The position numbers and the translations under genes were made by a program. A model generated the notes under the pieces. It did not search any database and was not told the origin of the DNA. It worked only from the letters and a program-made list of their open reading frames with translations. A stretch of 58,072 nucleotides of DNA. Source: a virus. Positions within the stretch are counted from its first letter, which is position 1. Every line of letters begins with the position of its first letter. Positions 27,101 through 32,687 of this stretch are shown here, in pieces. The stretch lies in the IMG/VR virus record IMGVR_UViG_3300048913_000259, positions 1 to 58,072 of that record, one strand, 5' to 3'.

Positions 27101-29592
27101 GCCTCGATGACCTTGAACACTTCTTCAGGGCTGTACTTGTTGACGTGCAAGGCGTTGGCGATGTGGCCGCGGTCCATGCCGGTCGCTTGCGCCAGGTCGT
27201 AGTCGATCGCGTTTTCCTTGGCGCGGACCTGCTTGGTGTCTTCGGCCAGCGGGACGGATGCGCGCCAGTCGGGGCTGTACTTGATGCGCGGCGCGCCGGC
27301 TTCGCCTTCGCTGGTGGTGGCGCTCGGGAACTCCTTCACGGTGTCCAGCAGCTGGCGGATCGGCGCGTTCAGGCGGATCGCGCGGGTAGGCGTGCCCTGG
27401 TCGACGTCGCCCAGCCATTGGTGGTGGCCGTCGACTACGTGGCCATCGCTCGAAATGAGAATCGAACGGTTGCCGCCCTGGTAGTCCAGGGCCTTCTGCA
27501 CCTTGGCCAGCGAGAATTCCGCTTGCGTCGGCTTCAGGGTGTGCGGGTGCACTTCCACCTGGTCGTGCGTGATGCCGCGCGCGTTCAGGAAGTTCACCAG
27601 GGCGCCGCGGTGCTCGGCCTTGATCTGCGGCATGCTGCTGCGCGGGATGCCCAGCGTTCCCGTTTCGGCCGGGAAGTGATGCCATTCCTGGCCATCCTGG
27701 TCGCGGCTGCTGAAAACGTCCGTCAGGGTCGGGATGCCGTCGATGCGATCGTTCAGGGTGGGGATGTCGGGGCGCTCGTTCAGCGTCGGGATGCCGTCAG
27801 GGCCGGCCAGGACGTCGTTCAGGGTCGGGATGGTCGGATCATTGGCGCGGCGCCATACGCTCGGCGTAGGGGCTCCTGGCGCGCCTGGCGCTGCTTCTGC
27901 GGCCGGCGCGGCCGGGAGGTGGCCCAGCTGCTCGAGCATCGCGCGCGCGGGGTCGCCGTCCAGGGTGGCGTTCGGTGCGGTGGCGGTGCCCAGCATGCCG
28001 CCCTGCTCGAGCGCGTCGATTTCCGCGGCGATCGCGGCGGCGCTCGAGGTCGCGCCGGCCGGTGGCTGTGCCATGACGGCCTGCGCGGCGGCGATCGCGT
28101 CGTCTACGCTCGAGGCGGCGCCGATGTCGGCGACGGTCGGCGCCGGCGCGGCGGGTGCGGCCGGTGGTGCCGGCGGCGCCTGGTTCGGGCTCAGTCCTTG
28201 GGTGGTCCACTTGGCCAGGGCGGCCTGGCGTGCGGCTTCAGCTGCGGCAGCTGCTGCCGCGGCCGGGTCTTCGGCCTGGTGCCCGGCGCCGCTGACGTGG
28301 GAGCCGGCGCCGAGTACGGCGCCCAGCGCGCCGGCGAAGGCGACACGCTTGGCCAGGTTGTTGCCGCCCGGGGCGTTGCTGGTGGCGACAAACTCGCCGC
28401 CGGCGTTGCCCAATTCCTCGCCCATTTCCTGCATGCCTTCGTTGGCCACGGCCTTGACCATCTTGCCGGCCGCGGTGCCGGCCGACTTCACGCCAGCCAT
28501 GCGGCGCGCAATCTCGCCCTCGGCGCCGCCGTGGAAGATCATGCCGGCCAGGACCGACATACCGGCCGAGAATGCTGCGCCGCGGTAACGGTCGGACAGG
28601 CTCGCGTCCTTCAGCTCGTCGCTGGTGAAAGTGTCGGATGCGTTCTGTGCGGCGACGGTGGCGGTGCTGGCGATCGTCGCGGCGGTGCCGGCGGCGGCGG
28701 CGCTGGCGCCCATGCGGCCGGCGACACTGACAGCGCCCTTGGCCGCGCCGGCCGGCAGGAACATGCTGCCGATCGTCGTGATGCCGTTGTCGATCATGAT
28801 TTCCGGGTTGGCCTTCAGGAAGTTGTACATATCCGTCAGGTCGGCGTTCGGGTCCGCCATCAGCGCCTGGAAGGCTTTGCCCTGCTCGCCCAGCGTCGGG
28901 TCGGCGATCGCGTCATCAATCGCCTTCATGCCCTCGGCCATGCTGGCCGATCCGGCGGCGCCCACCTTGCCGCCGGTGGCCAGCTGCGCGATGTCGAACA
29001 CGCCTTTCAGCGCGGTCGGGCCGATCTTGAGCGTACTGGCCGCGGCGTTGCGGACGTTCTTCTGGAAGTTGCCGGCCAGGTTCTCGGCGCTGTAGGTCCG
29101 GAGCTTCTGCTCATGTTCGGCTTTGTCGCGGGCGGCGTCGATCGCGCCCTGGTCCATGACACGGCGCCACAAATCGTCACTCTTGGCGTGCTGGTGGCTG
29201 GCTGCTACCTGCATCTTGGCCAGGGCGTCGGCCGGCGCGATCGCGGCCAGGCGCGGGTCGAGCGGGTCCTTGTACTCGTCGGCCAGCACCTTCGCATAGG
29301 CCTGGTCGTACATCGGGCCCATGCCGGCCGGTGCCGTTACCTTCGGCTCGGTACCGGGCTTGTAGGAGCCCATCACGCCGAGGTCTTCCTCGCCGGGCGC
29401 CAGGATCGGGACACTGGTGATTGCTTCCTTGATGGCCTGGCCCATCCGGGTCAACATGCCGGGCGGCCCGGCTGGTTCTTTCGGGGCGGCGAACTGTGGG
29501 AAGTTCGATTCGATCGCACCACGCATTTCGTCTTCGCTCATCCCATCGGGGAAATTGAGCTGGGTGCCGTCCGGCAAATTGACTTTTGGCAT
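15115..29592 (-). CDS. Giant polyvalent virion protein (4,825 aa) with ParB-like, SNF2-type helicase, N6-adenine MTase and zincin modules; DarB-like
   Basis: One uninterrupted ORF. Its start overlaps the upstream stop as TAATG. Domain motifs are listed as separate features. Its position after the internal virion protein genes matches the Bcep22-type layout. Confidence 0.85.
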   Translation of the reverse strand: MPKVNLPDGTQLNFPDGMSEDEMRGAIESNFPQFAAPKEPAGPPGMLTRMGQAIKEAITSVPILAPGEEDLGVMGSYKPGTEPKVTAPAGMGPMYDQAYAKVLADEYKDPLDPRLAAIAPADALAKMQVAASHQHAKSDDLWRRVMDQGAIDAARDKAEHEQKLRTYSAENLAGNFQKNVRNAAASTLKIGPTALKGVFDIAQLATGGKVGAAGSASMAEGMKAIDDAIADPTLGEQGKAFQALMADPNADLTDMYNFLKANPEIMIDNGITTIGSMFLPAGAAKGAVSVAGRMGASAAAAGTAATIASTATVAAQNASDTFTSDELKDASLSDRYRGAAFSAGMSVLAGMIFHGGAEGEIARRMAGVKSAGTAAGKMVKAVANEGMQEMGEELGNAGGEFVATSNAPGGNNLAKRVAFAGALGAVLGAGSHVSGAGHQAEDPAAAAAAAAEAARQAALAKWTTQGLSPNQAPPAPPAAPAAPAPTVADIGAASSVDDAIAAAQAVMAQPPAGATSSAAAIAAEIDALEQGGMLGTATAPNATLDGDPARAMLEQLGHLPAAPAAEAAPGAPGAPTPSVWRRANDPTIPTLNDVLAGPDGIPTLNERPDIPTLNDRIDGIPTLTDVFSSRDQDGQEWHHFPAETGTLGIPRSSMPQIKAEHRGALVNFLNARGITHDQVEVHPHTLKPTQAEFSLAKVQKALDYQGGNRSILISSDGHVVDGHHQWLGDVDQGTPTRAIRLNAPIRQLLDTVKEFPSATTSEGEAGAPRIKYSPDWRASVPLAEDTKQVRAKENAIDYDLAQATGMDRGHIANALHVNKYSPEEVFKVIEASSSLKEARKHVEWMGESRYKPGSNGYRDQQARLKQLRALIEGDNTPWHASPFAPRIDKLLGDLRTAGVHGMAKAIETGLADEARRGQLDEEKVAFREDKARQAIADHARENGQVQPAEHVPMTPEGMAKVTNTAAALPAPIVAAAVKKWNEIAPKLAELGYKPGEAHSNAPHEAQQLERKLKEIVNALDGLAARRYQVAKAEQRNAKLERQGKPVKPIDRKHLNRNEEAATLALGIKTKRHPGVDTSAQVTLGTGVVDPAVRAAEARRQAERLRERLRSSNPFLAFLANHGISPADRADLGVEPGQKGNPPVPGYGPVIRKTGKRLDELALLAEEEGFITQHDIDSDEDTGGTRKLASMIQRALANKEVIRQPAAIDSQMEAAAHGQLAAEAESLGIDTTGKDYGQLYDEVVAAHQAREDRREAIGAESVEDQALIENYADLITADELADAQLDDIQLDGGRPMNDLTEEELDAIFGSQKAGSARSDQGEADGNAAGNAPEGAGRAATESEGTDELLTSYSAADVVARQDAEETAAKARQAERDRLEQQRKREDDAKQTKARIEDSADNFQLGQSAESAVFGQDSLFDNQAPVDDAAIDRAATAGYQAGKAGKMAPPFNLDDEELMAWRIGNQRARDEAMGNDGAEAEADAALKELKSESKAPEPETKPAKSATKGTETGKLTRKERELQDAIAEQDRQREAEAKRLQEAREYWKPGMLASLPAVASIEGEQWMQYTIGANARIESIDGDNVTVRIETPGHKQDGKLARVSIGSLGEPLNEAEGRSAFLSHELAKIVQPRVHQYNADNARPLLLIACSGAKLEGRHKAVDLYKGVMFDVLRKWMPTEGVRPDVWILSAEHGLVHGDTMLDSYERPMDKARQRQLIDKGLDVDAFKGKDFNQVFIAGGELYRDLAQTYIQRLRQAGFIGQNAAVNAVSGGIGEQRGQLGEYLRQLGANATDDTQVQSSSTEQLPNQLPDLAGQETALAIEEMEAKPVGDLSEMFHAMIEEEAEAMGLNEPGSDRSALFNSILEEEAGAMGLNDEPAAPAPEGLEAEKAQLAKQQRKPAKTIANNTFATPDQEAGRLNAMLAIERAKKAKKSAKTADERKRIEKERLAAMKDLATLPAGRFTKHALDAIRLQVRNNNSIEGLLNGPDSVLARLENRALEQIADAKKAGKSFDYAYDFYNRDGDAMLSPEYFGILWDGKEGNLEQQQAKSKGAKTVNKQRAAQQRMQEVLGAKVGDTITMTFNGNVGYLTSGKAMTIERVSSTGEIYFKDANGDSRTSEKLAMLEAYAKNKHTGLKWEVTPRETGIKTTKQEREEDAHAYWMRSDDPIQRALVAPIAKLGKIPDVYQSLKKAGTIAPQVAEHIAAHRKDLRGEVNAVMRDELGYRKKAGEWVKDDRTAGQAAVDAVKNTAIGYAAALGGIGEALGIAPQVKQGVMPFEESKYERVKPYFTAAIEYLGEATHDIKVVMRAIVRDLLKLYGKEGTAKMEPYVLRYIDDFEAGKIKLNGESNADSGTSNDTERDPGNRPDEERETEPDVFDVRPRSGGRTRAPGAGPDEAGTGSADRAGVPGRDAATGGAQGDRDLPGVDGGRGPGASTAEPRDTAGGRDGGNAGAKSQSDAIGEPATALGARLSLDEKRLEQLAAEAVDVVPGDRANIDATLPFLLPPQRDDVHFAETRFAQADKKPGVVFTNGTGTGKTFTGLGIAKRFERQGKGNGIIVVPNNEIAQDWIDSGKNLGLNITALDSTTDAGKGMVITTYANFGDNATLADRTWDFVLPDEAHYLMASKDGKMTDALQTLRALTRHPEGFARYSRMVNRDIFDQLAAVPNKDSEQAKKLWDQLRKREEPQREEFAAVASSNLARPKAVFLSATPFAYIKAVDWAEGYLFEYPADGRIGNSNQDGRAHFFVQHFGYRIRYHKLTEPDANVNQGLMARQFNEWLKKEGALSGRMLDVEADYDRKFVMIPSALGTKIDEGLEYVREHPEYKHLYQPLMKQFSYLARRYLLEAIKAKESLPMIQEHLDRGRKVIVIHDYKKGGAFNPFTMQGINGTHGEWDGNTYKEIDLAELADKFKAERRDLVNLKFPTQSALQILTGAYPNALVHNGDVADKQLADNKRLFNADNFDNPLLILQADKGREGISLHDTTGRYMRVQVNVGMPAKPTALIQLEGRSYRTGQVTDAPMRYVSTGTMWERWTFAQTIAERADIAEALAMGEQARGLKESIIEAYEDAGPHPVSDDDGKGGKARDRQNAKLLTEWDRAKSFYYGQLKRNSSTKAAEGKDYFATPEPVGLKMVEWADIRTGESVLEPSAGHGAIARWFPAQSAKTIVEPETALITKTRLAIEGPGKFVQSKFEDLHLVNKYDAIVMNPPFGKGGSLSTPHLAKAYKHLNEGGRIVALLPTGPDADKRFDKFLYGDDAPKDLHLVAHILLPSATFGRAGTGAMTRIVVLDKLADEEMAPVPMHRDYTHIEDVEGLFDALENVTLPGRTNPSAGEDVAIEEAKPTPTRSTKPARTAEPGATGAERYFAQFEFDHTQTGVKQFGAAMLNRTSTDAYKAVLAIAKQHGGRYSTYAGGNAKRGFLFKTAEARADFMAEAGKLDEVSAGLAEQNSLAGDLGIPSTLLDHMEEIADHRGMFQADKLLEWVRTQDAPGAAGLANWLEVQRDALVTPSSVVKYIENSGNEMFSKFNPGRRQLLAAAAAAAMAPAAKADVKLGQTKALPAAVLGQRVAPAIEKLLRDGQAGGTTSLNGLEALRKALKAMSLTGPKEVRNLALQVANLLPTKGTLMLTVDDTRRMNVHGVVSLVPMLHMQLFTAEGRTGLTYETVLHEAMHVAIAARYRSLSVGLARENDALLGLSAPAAAKALEQFEGLWNEFRQLTIGEKFANSDLELAIAEARGNPDEFFVRSLTDPVLQAYLAGKRYEGKTMWQRFKDWVRTSLFGLRESGTAPSWLDAALYASGDVLEAMGGDRADFARMRAINQYQDGRRGQAMRSAANDDTAAANTSPLTMAARRRFDQVMTEAEHWLKSNGKTAHLLDLEPRWAMDSLDMMMGFGVANMSEQAKAQGRAIWDRASEAYKNLARRGGELEVGPDEMYARASSVAPTWTEPGMTMQDNIIQTLQDKHVDMKRVVQAIREQNGQLADRWDPYLQEELFHGRAATGFKSFLEDELRPLLTDMQARGVSMEQLEEFLHMRHAEEANDRLASINQGNPDGLAGVSTADARAYLAGLSPAQRQAYGALAARVDAIIAGTQRALVDYGLEKQDTIDTWNRTYQHYVPLMREDMDSPLKGNGTGSGFSVRGSASKARMGSKRAVVDILANVAMARERAIVRGEKNRLDLALYGLALQAPNPEFWKPVNPQKNPQALMAELANMGLSPALVQAIIDEPKQRQIDRQTGMVISRVNPVLRNAPNVVAVRVNGEDRFIFFNEKNERAMRMALSLKNLGNDGLNRFLNIMGMATRWFASVNTQYNPVFGIVNFTRDIGEGAVNLESTPIAGQQAAFAKEAGRLFGAAARQGFRLEQLAGADAALWSEFQREGGITGYRAMFSTSEDRGRELAKELRKMQAGQIEKAGRAVLDWLSDYNEALENVTRLAAYKTAKANGMSNQQAASLAKNLTVNFNRKGAIGSQVNSLFAFFNAATQGIARMGETLAGPAGKKIVAGGMLLGVLQAFMLLAAGYDDDNPPEFVKAKNFVIPLGLVTGKKDFLTIPYPLGYSFLPTIGRTVTEFGIGGGKKIGKHLANVAGALLDTFNPIGNGNLVQVMTPTVADPIVDLAINKDWTGKPIAREDRSGLHPTPGFTRTKDTASGLGKGVSYALNAITGGNKYQAGLFSPTPDQVDYLAGQLTGGVGREALKAWQTGASLVTGEELPAHKVPLAGRFYGQADDKSAASTKFYENLKELNGMGDELKGRQKDHANPREFLAEHPEARLAEMGAAVERDIAELRKRKSELMEKGASRDRIKENELQQRKLMQRFNEKVQEVKAKSAA
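18586..18603 (-). other. Zincin HExxH motif (LHEAMH) within the giant protein (about aa 3664)
   Basis: The reverse complement reads CTG CAC GAA GCC ATG CAC. Context is TYETVLHEAMHVAIAARY. Confidence 0.6.
19850..20245 (-). other. N6-adenine DNA methyltransferase domain of the giant protein
   Basis: SAM-binding motif VLEPSAGHGAIARWF and catalytic motif IVMNPPFGKGG (NPPF). Confidence 0.8.
20470..22070 (-). other. SNF2/DEAD-like helicase domain of the giant protein
   Basis: Walker A VVFTNGTGTGKTFTG (21961..22020), motif II LPDEAHYLM (21721..21760), and the C-terminal lobe ...ADKGREGISLHD...QLEGRSYRTGQ. Confidence 0.8.
22179..22553 (-). CDS. Nested out-of-frame ORF (124 aa) inside the giant gene; function unknown
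   Basis: ATG at 22553 is preceded by GGAGAGAGCA. Third positions are almost all G/C in this frame, while the giant frame drops to about 45% GC3. Composition is balanced: MLTAVPATILNAIQATGRMKNEKLSRMFSMSDHDRAEEHGHLVQDLMKQGLDRPTALAYLDVMPLLVERRAIATYLASTEGADLAQVLPNLETPQEAATVGTRERNLNPTQSGNLLQLLERVYR. The track lists it as 22179..22598 with a TTG start. Confidence 0.55.
   Translation of the reverse strand: MLTAVPATILNAIQATGRMKNEKLSRMFSMSDHDRAEEHGHLVQDLMKQGLDRPTALAYLDVMPLLVERRAIATYLASTEGADLAQVLPNLETPQEAATVGTRERNLNPTQSGNLLQLLERVYR
27330..27660 (-). other. ParB-like nuclease/NTPase domain of the giant protein (about aa 645-755)
   Basis: IPRSSMPQIKAEHRGALVNFL...LKPTQAEFSLAKV...NRSILISSDGHVVDGHHQW. Confidence 0.65.
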
Positions 29593-30677
29593 TAATTGAA
29601 CTTTCCGGTTTTAGGGTCGTAATTGAGAGTCTTGCCAGTGCTCGAGCTGCTGCTCGAGCTGCTGCCGCCCTTGGCCAGCTTGTCGCGCGCGGCCACCAGC
29701 TGCATCGCGCGTTCCATTGCCGTTTCGGGGGTCAGGTCGCCGAACTTGTCGGCAGACAATAGTTTAGCGGCAATATCTTCCGGAGCCAGGTGTTTCTTTT
29801 CGGTGACGTAATCGCCCAGCTGCTCGGGGGTGAATCCGAGGTTGTCGCGCAACCACTCGAGGTTCTGCACCATCGCCGACTTCTGGCCGGACTTGCCGCT
29901 TTGGCCGGCTTCCAGGCGCTGCATCATGGCCTCGAAGCGGAGCTCTGCGGCGCGGTCGCGCTGCTCGTCGTGGCCAGCTGCACGGCGCTCGGCACTCTCG
30001 CGGTCTTCCTTCGCCTGGCGTTCCTTGCGGTCGGCTTCGGCGGCGGCCAGGCGCTCCTTCAGGTCGGCCGCCTTCGTGGTCGCTTCGTCCTTCAGGACTG
30101 AGCCCAGCATGCCGGTGCCGGCGATGTACGCCAGCGGATCGCTTTGCAGGGTTTCGTCCAGGGCCGCGTGCGCGGCTTCGCTGGTGGTGCGCTTGCGGGT
30201 CTTGCCCTCGACGGCCTTGTTGTTGAGCTCTACCTGTGCGTCGACCTGGCGCGTGATCTGCGCAATGATGCCCTCGGCGTCGGCCTTCTGTTCCGGGGTC
30301 GCGTTCGGGTTGTCGCGCACGGCCTGCCACTGGCGAATCGTGGCGGCGGCCTTGGTCGCGTCCATCTCGAAGCCTGGCCCGGTACCGACCGCGTTGGCGC
30401 TATCGCGCGTGATGCCGGTTTGCGGCACGGTCTGCGCTTCGACCGGCAATTCCTCGCTCGCCTTGGCCTTGACCACGTTCGAGAACCGTTCGGCCGCGCG
30501 CGCGCCCATCGCTTCCTTCATGGCCATGAGGCGCTGCTCGGTGTCCAGGCGGGTGTCGGCCGCGCGCTGCTCGGCGTCGATCCGCTGCTGTTCCTTCATT
30601 TCGTCGCCGATGATGCTGGCGCCGGTGTTGGCCGCGGCGCCGATGCCGGTCATGAGTGCATTTGCCCAATCGCCCAT
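29592..30677 (-). CDS. Internal virion / ejection protein candidate (361 aa)
   Basis: Coiled-coil and charged, with a poly-Ser run near the C-terminus. GGGAGG SD. It sits immediately upstream of the giant gene. Confidence 0.5.
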   Translation of the reverse strand: MGDWANALMTGIGAAANTGASIIGDEMKEQQRIDAEQRAADTRLDTEQRLMAMKEAMGARAAERFSNVVKAKASEELPVEAQTVPQTGITRDSANAVGTGPGFEMDATKAAATIRQWQAVRDNPNATPEQKADAEGIIAQITRQVDAQVELNNKAVEGKTRKRTTSEAAHAALDETLQSDPLAYIAGTGMLGSVLKDEATTKAADLKERLAAAEADRKERQAKEDRESAERRAAGHDEQRDRAAELRFEAMMQRLEAGQSGKSGQKSAMVQNLEWLRDNLGFTPEQLGDYVTEKKHLAPEDIAAKLLSADKFGDLTPETAMERAMQLVAARDKLAKGGSSSSSSSSTGKTLNYDPKTGKFN

Positions 30678-30678
30678 G

Positions 30679-31281
30679 TCAGCCTCCCATCACGCTGTCG
30701 AGCATGCCGCCGCCGGCGGCCGGCGCGGCCGGTGCACCAGGTGCAGCTGCTGGCGCACCAGGTGCGGCGCCGGCGTCCTGGCGCAGGCTGTCGTCCTTGC
30801 CCGGGTCCTTGTTCTTCAGCAGGGCCGGCAGCTTGTCCTGGGTGGCGCCGAACCGGTCCAGGATGCCCTGGACGACGGCGTGCAGGGCATCGCCCAGCAC
30901 TTGCGCGGTGGCTTCCGGGTCCTTCGACTCTTGCAGGAACTCGAAGGCGCGCAGGGTCAGCACGGTGGCCGCCGGCACGATCGTCTGCGGCGGGATCGTG
31001 TGGTTCGATTGCTTCCACATCAGGTACATCAGCTGAATGATGCCGTCGCTCAGTCGCTTGGCCATCGGGCCGGGCTTGTCCAGGCTATCGAGCATCATCT
31101 GATGGCTGCTCTTGTCGAACATGATGCGCATGCCGGACAGCACAACCTTGTCGAACATCGGCTTCAGCTGCGCCGGCACCTTCTTGCTGGCCTCGGCGAT
31201 GATCGGCTCGACGTTGACGGTCTTGCCGGCGCCGGCGGTTGGCTTCTGTGCCCCTGGACCTGGTTTCTTCTTCGTGCTCAT
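30679..31281 (-). CDS. Internal virion protein candidate (200 aa)
   Basis: Balanced composition; the C-terminus ends in AAGGGMLDSVMGG. Confidence 0.5.
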   Translation of the reverse strand: MSTKKKPGPGAQKPTAGAGKTVNVEPIIAEASKKVPAQLKPMFDKVVLSGMRIMFDKSSHQMMLDSLDKPGPMAKRLSDGIIQLMYLMWKQSNHTIPPQTIVPAATVLTLRAFEFLQESKDPEATAQVLGDALHAVVQGILDRFGATQDKLPALLKNKDPGKDDSLRQDAGAAPGAPAAAPGAPAAPAAGGGMLDSVMGG

Positions 31282-31293
31282 GGTTCCCTTTCG

Positions 31294-32337
31294 TTATGCG
31301 ATACGGCCAGAGCCCCACAGGGCGCGGCGCTTCTGTGCTTCGGTCTGTGCTGCCTGGTTGGCGGCCTGCTGGCGGTACGCCTCCATCATTGCCTTGTCCT
31401 TACCGGACGGCACCAGCTGGCCAGCGGCGGCGCCTACGCCGGACAGCGCCATGCGCGCCAGCTCCGGGTTCTGCTTGGCCCATGCCTGGGCGGCCTGCCA
31501 CATGGTCGGATCAGCGGCGCCGGCGCCGGCCGCGGCGTCGATCGCGCCCGGGAAGGCCTCGATGCTGTCCAGCATGCCGCCGGTGCCGGTGCTGAAGGCG
31601 TTGATGTTGTTGGCCTGGCCGACAGCGGTGCCGCTGGCGTTGAACACGTTGGCGGCGCCTGCTTGGCCGGCCGCGGTGTTGGCCGTGTTGAAGGCGGTGG
31701 CGCTCGGGCCGCCGGCGTTCGCCGTCACGACGGAATCGAGCATGCCGCTGGTCGGCGCCGCGCTGGCCGCGGTGGCTGCGCTGTTGGTGCTGGCCGCGGT
31801 GGCCGCGGTCACATCGGCGCCGATCGGCGCGGCAGCTGCTGCCGCCGGTGCGGCGCTTGCCGCGGCAGCTGGTGCCGGCATGGCGCCGATCGCGGCCGGC
31901 GGTGCGGCCGGGGCAGCGGCGCCGGCAACCTGGTCGAGCATGCCGCCGGTGGGCGCGGCGTTGGTGGCGGCGTCCATGCCCATCGTTTCGATGCCGCCAG
32001 GCGCCGCAACGGGTGCTGTGGTGATGGCGCTTTCCGCTGCGCCCTCGGCGGCGCCGGCCGCGGCTTCGCCCATCGTGTCGCCGGCAGCTCCTGCTGCGGC
32101 TTCAGCGCCCGCGGTTGCGGACGACATAAGGGATGTGCCAAGACTTCCGGCGATGCCGAGAACGGCGCCGATCTTTGTCAGTTTCTGATTGCCGGTAACG
32201 GTGCCGGCGATCGTGAGCGCGCTGCCGACGATCGTGGCGCCGGCGGCAACCATGCCGGCTAAGGTGGTGGCCGCGGCGAAGGCGGACACGCCGGCTGCAA
32301 ACGAGCCGGCTGCGAGTGCAACTACTGCGACTGGCAT
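31294..32337 (-). CDS. Ala/Gly-rich membrane-anchored virion protein candidate (347 aa) with repeated GGMLD motifs
   Basis: Track ORF trimmed to MPVAVVALAAGSF, with an AAAGGA SD. Hydrophobic N-terminus. Motifs TGGMLDQV, TSGMLDSV and TGGMLDSI. Confidence 0.55.
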   Translation of the reverse strand: MPVAVVALAAGSFAAGVSAFAAATTLAGMVAAGATIVGSALTIAGTVTGNQKLTKIGAVLGIAGSLGTSLMSSATAGAEAAAGAAGDTMGEAAAGAAEGAAESAITTAPVAAPGGIETMGMDAATNAAPTGGMLDQVAGAAAPAAPPAAIGAMPAPAAAASAAPAAAAAAPIGADVTAATAASTNSAATAASAAPTSGMLDSVVTANAGGPSATAFNTANTAAGQAGAANVFNASGTAVGQANNINAFSTGTGGMLDSIEAFPGAIDAAAGAGAADPTMWQAAQAWAKQNPELARMALSGVGAAAGQLVPSGKDKAMMEAYRQQAANQAAQTEAQKRRALWGSGRIA

Positions 32338-32687
32338 GGTGATCCTTTCTGATAGGGGCGCGTGGTCAGCGCCCAATAGGTGTAGGCCTGGTCCTGCCAG
32401 GTCTGAACGAAGCCCAGCGCCAGGCGCAGGCGGTGGTCGGTTTCGGTGGCCGGCACGCGCGTGGTGGCGTAGCCGTGTTCCTCGAGGATCGGTACCAGGT
32501 GCTCGAGGATGTTACGGCGTGACATCGCGCGCGGGCCGACCAGGGACAGCATGTGTATCTCGCAGCCCCTGGTGATGACGAAGGCGACGTCCTGGCCGGC
32601 GCGCTGCGCGGTGCGCACCGTCCAGCCGTCGAGCGCGTCCGGAGAGGCGCCGAGGCTGGCCAGGTAGTCGATGAGGCGGGCGTCCAT
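32322..32687 (-). CDS. Hypothetical protein (121 aa)
   Basis: Balanced composition. TGATG overlap with the upstream gene. Confidence 0.6.
   Translation of the reverse strand: MDARLIDYLASLGASPDALDGWTVRTAQRAGQDVAFVITRGCEIHMLSLVGPRAMSRRNILEHLVPILEEHGYATTRVPATETDHRLRLALGFVQTWQDQAYTYWALTTRPYQKGSPCQSQ

Noticed and set aside
15115-29592. Giant ORF as an N4-like virion RNA polymerase
   Set aside because: I saw no RNA polymerase-like motifs. Instead it has clear ParB-like, GTGKT/DEAH helicase, NPPF methyltransferase and HExxH motifs.
15865-29595. Very long plus-strand ORFs antisense to the giant gene (15865..18267 of 800 aa, 19186..22101 of 971 aa, 22696..25122 of 808 aa, 25636..29595 of 1,319 aa)
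   Set aside because: They are Arg/Gly/Ala/Leu/His-rich low-complexity translations. Antisense frames of high-GC3 genes are typically open because stop codons are depleted there. They have no SD sites or motifs.
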